DNA of 64,000 bases. It comes from Cetorhinus maximus (lineage: Eukaryota). Both the position numbers and the translations under genes were made by a program. Shown in pieces: positions 63,891-64,000 of this stretch. The notes under the pieces are model-generated. The model saw nothing but the letters and a program-made list of their open reading frames with translations, was not told the origin of the DNA and did no database searches. Location: contig NC_135893.1 in assembly GCF_964194155.1 (NCBI RefSeq), positions 94,426,001 to 94,490,000 on the forward strand, read 5' to 3'. Position 1 is the first letter of the stretch; every line of letters starts with the position of its first letter.

Positions 63891-64000
63891 AATGGCCCGC
63901 CAGAAATGAGCACAGGCTTCATTTCAGTATGGCTCATATTTCAGACTTTGCACTCAATCTGCCCTAGTCAGAGGTTGCGATACCCGGGTTGACGATTTCA

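Overview
Non-coding, repeat-rich vertebrate genomic DNA. The repeat repertoire (Deu-domain SINEs, CR1/L2 LINE tails, Penelope-like elements) suggests a cartilaginous fish; this is inference. No intact protein-coding gene, rRNA, true tRNA gene or CRISPR array was recognised. The window holds: the decayed 3' end of a Gypsy LTR retrotransposon (integrase, PPT, 3' LTR); a 1.7-kb 36-38-bp minisatellite that appears to have expanded inside a tRNA-derived SINE; two Penelope-like element (PLE) families with GIY-YIG remnants and minimal type-I hammerhead ribozyme (HHR) motifs, including a recurrent CUGUUGA core variant and very short HHR-plus-tail inserts; a PLE with twin-priming-like inversion geometry; a decayed Harbinger transposase plus Harbinger-type and hAT-type MITEs (one only 70 bp, with a perfect 8-bp TSD); solo LTRs; an exact 92-bp dispersed duplication; a 134-N gap; and a few weak exon and conserved-noncoding candidates. 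Repeat family names come from recognising motifs by eye, not from database searches, and boundaries of old repeats are approximate.
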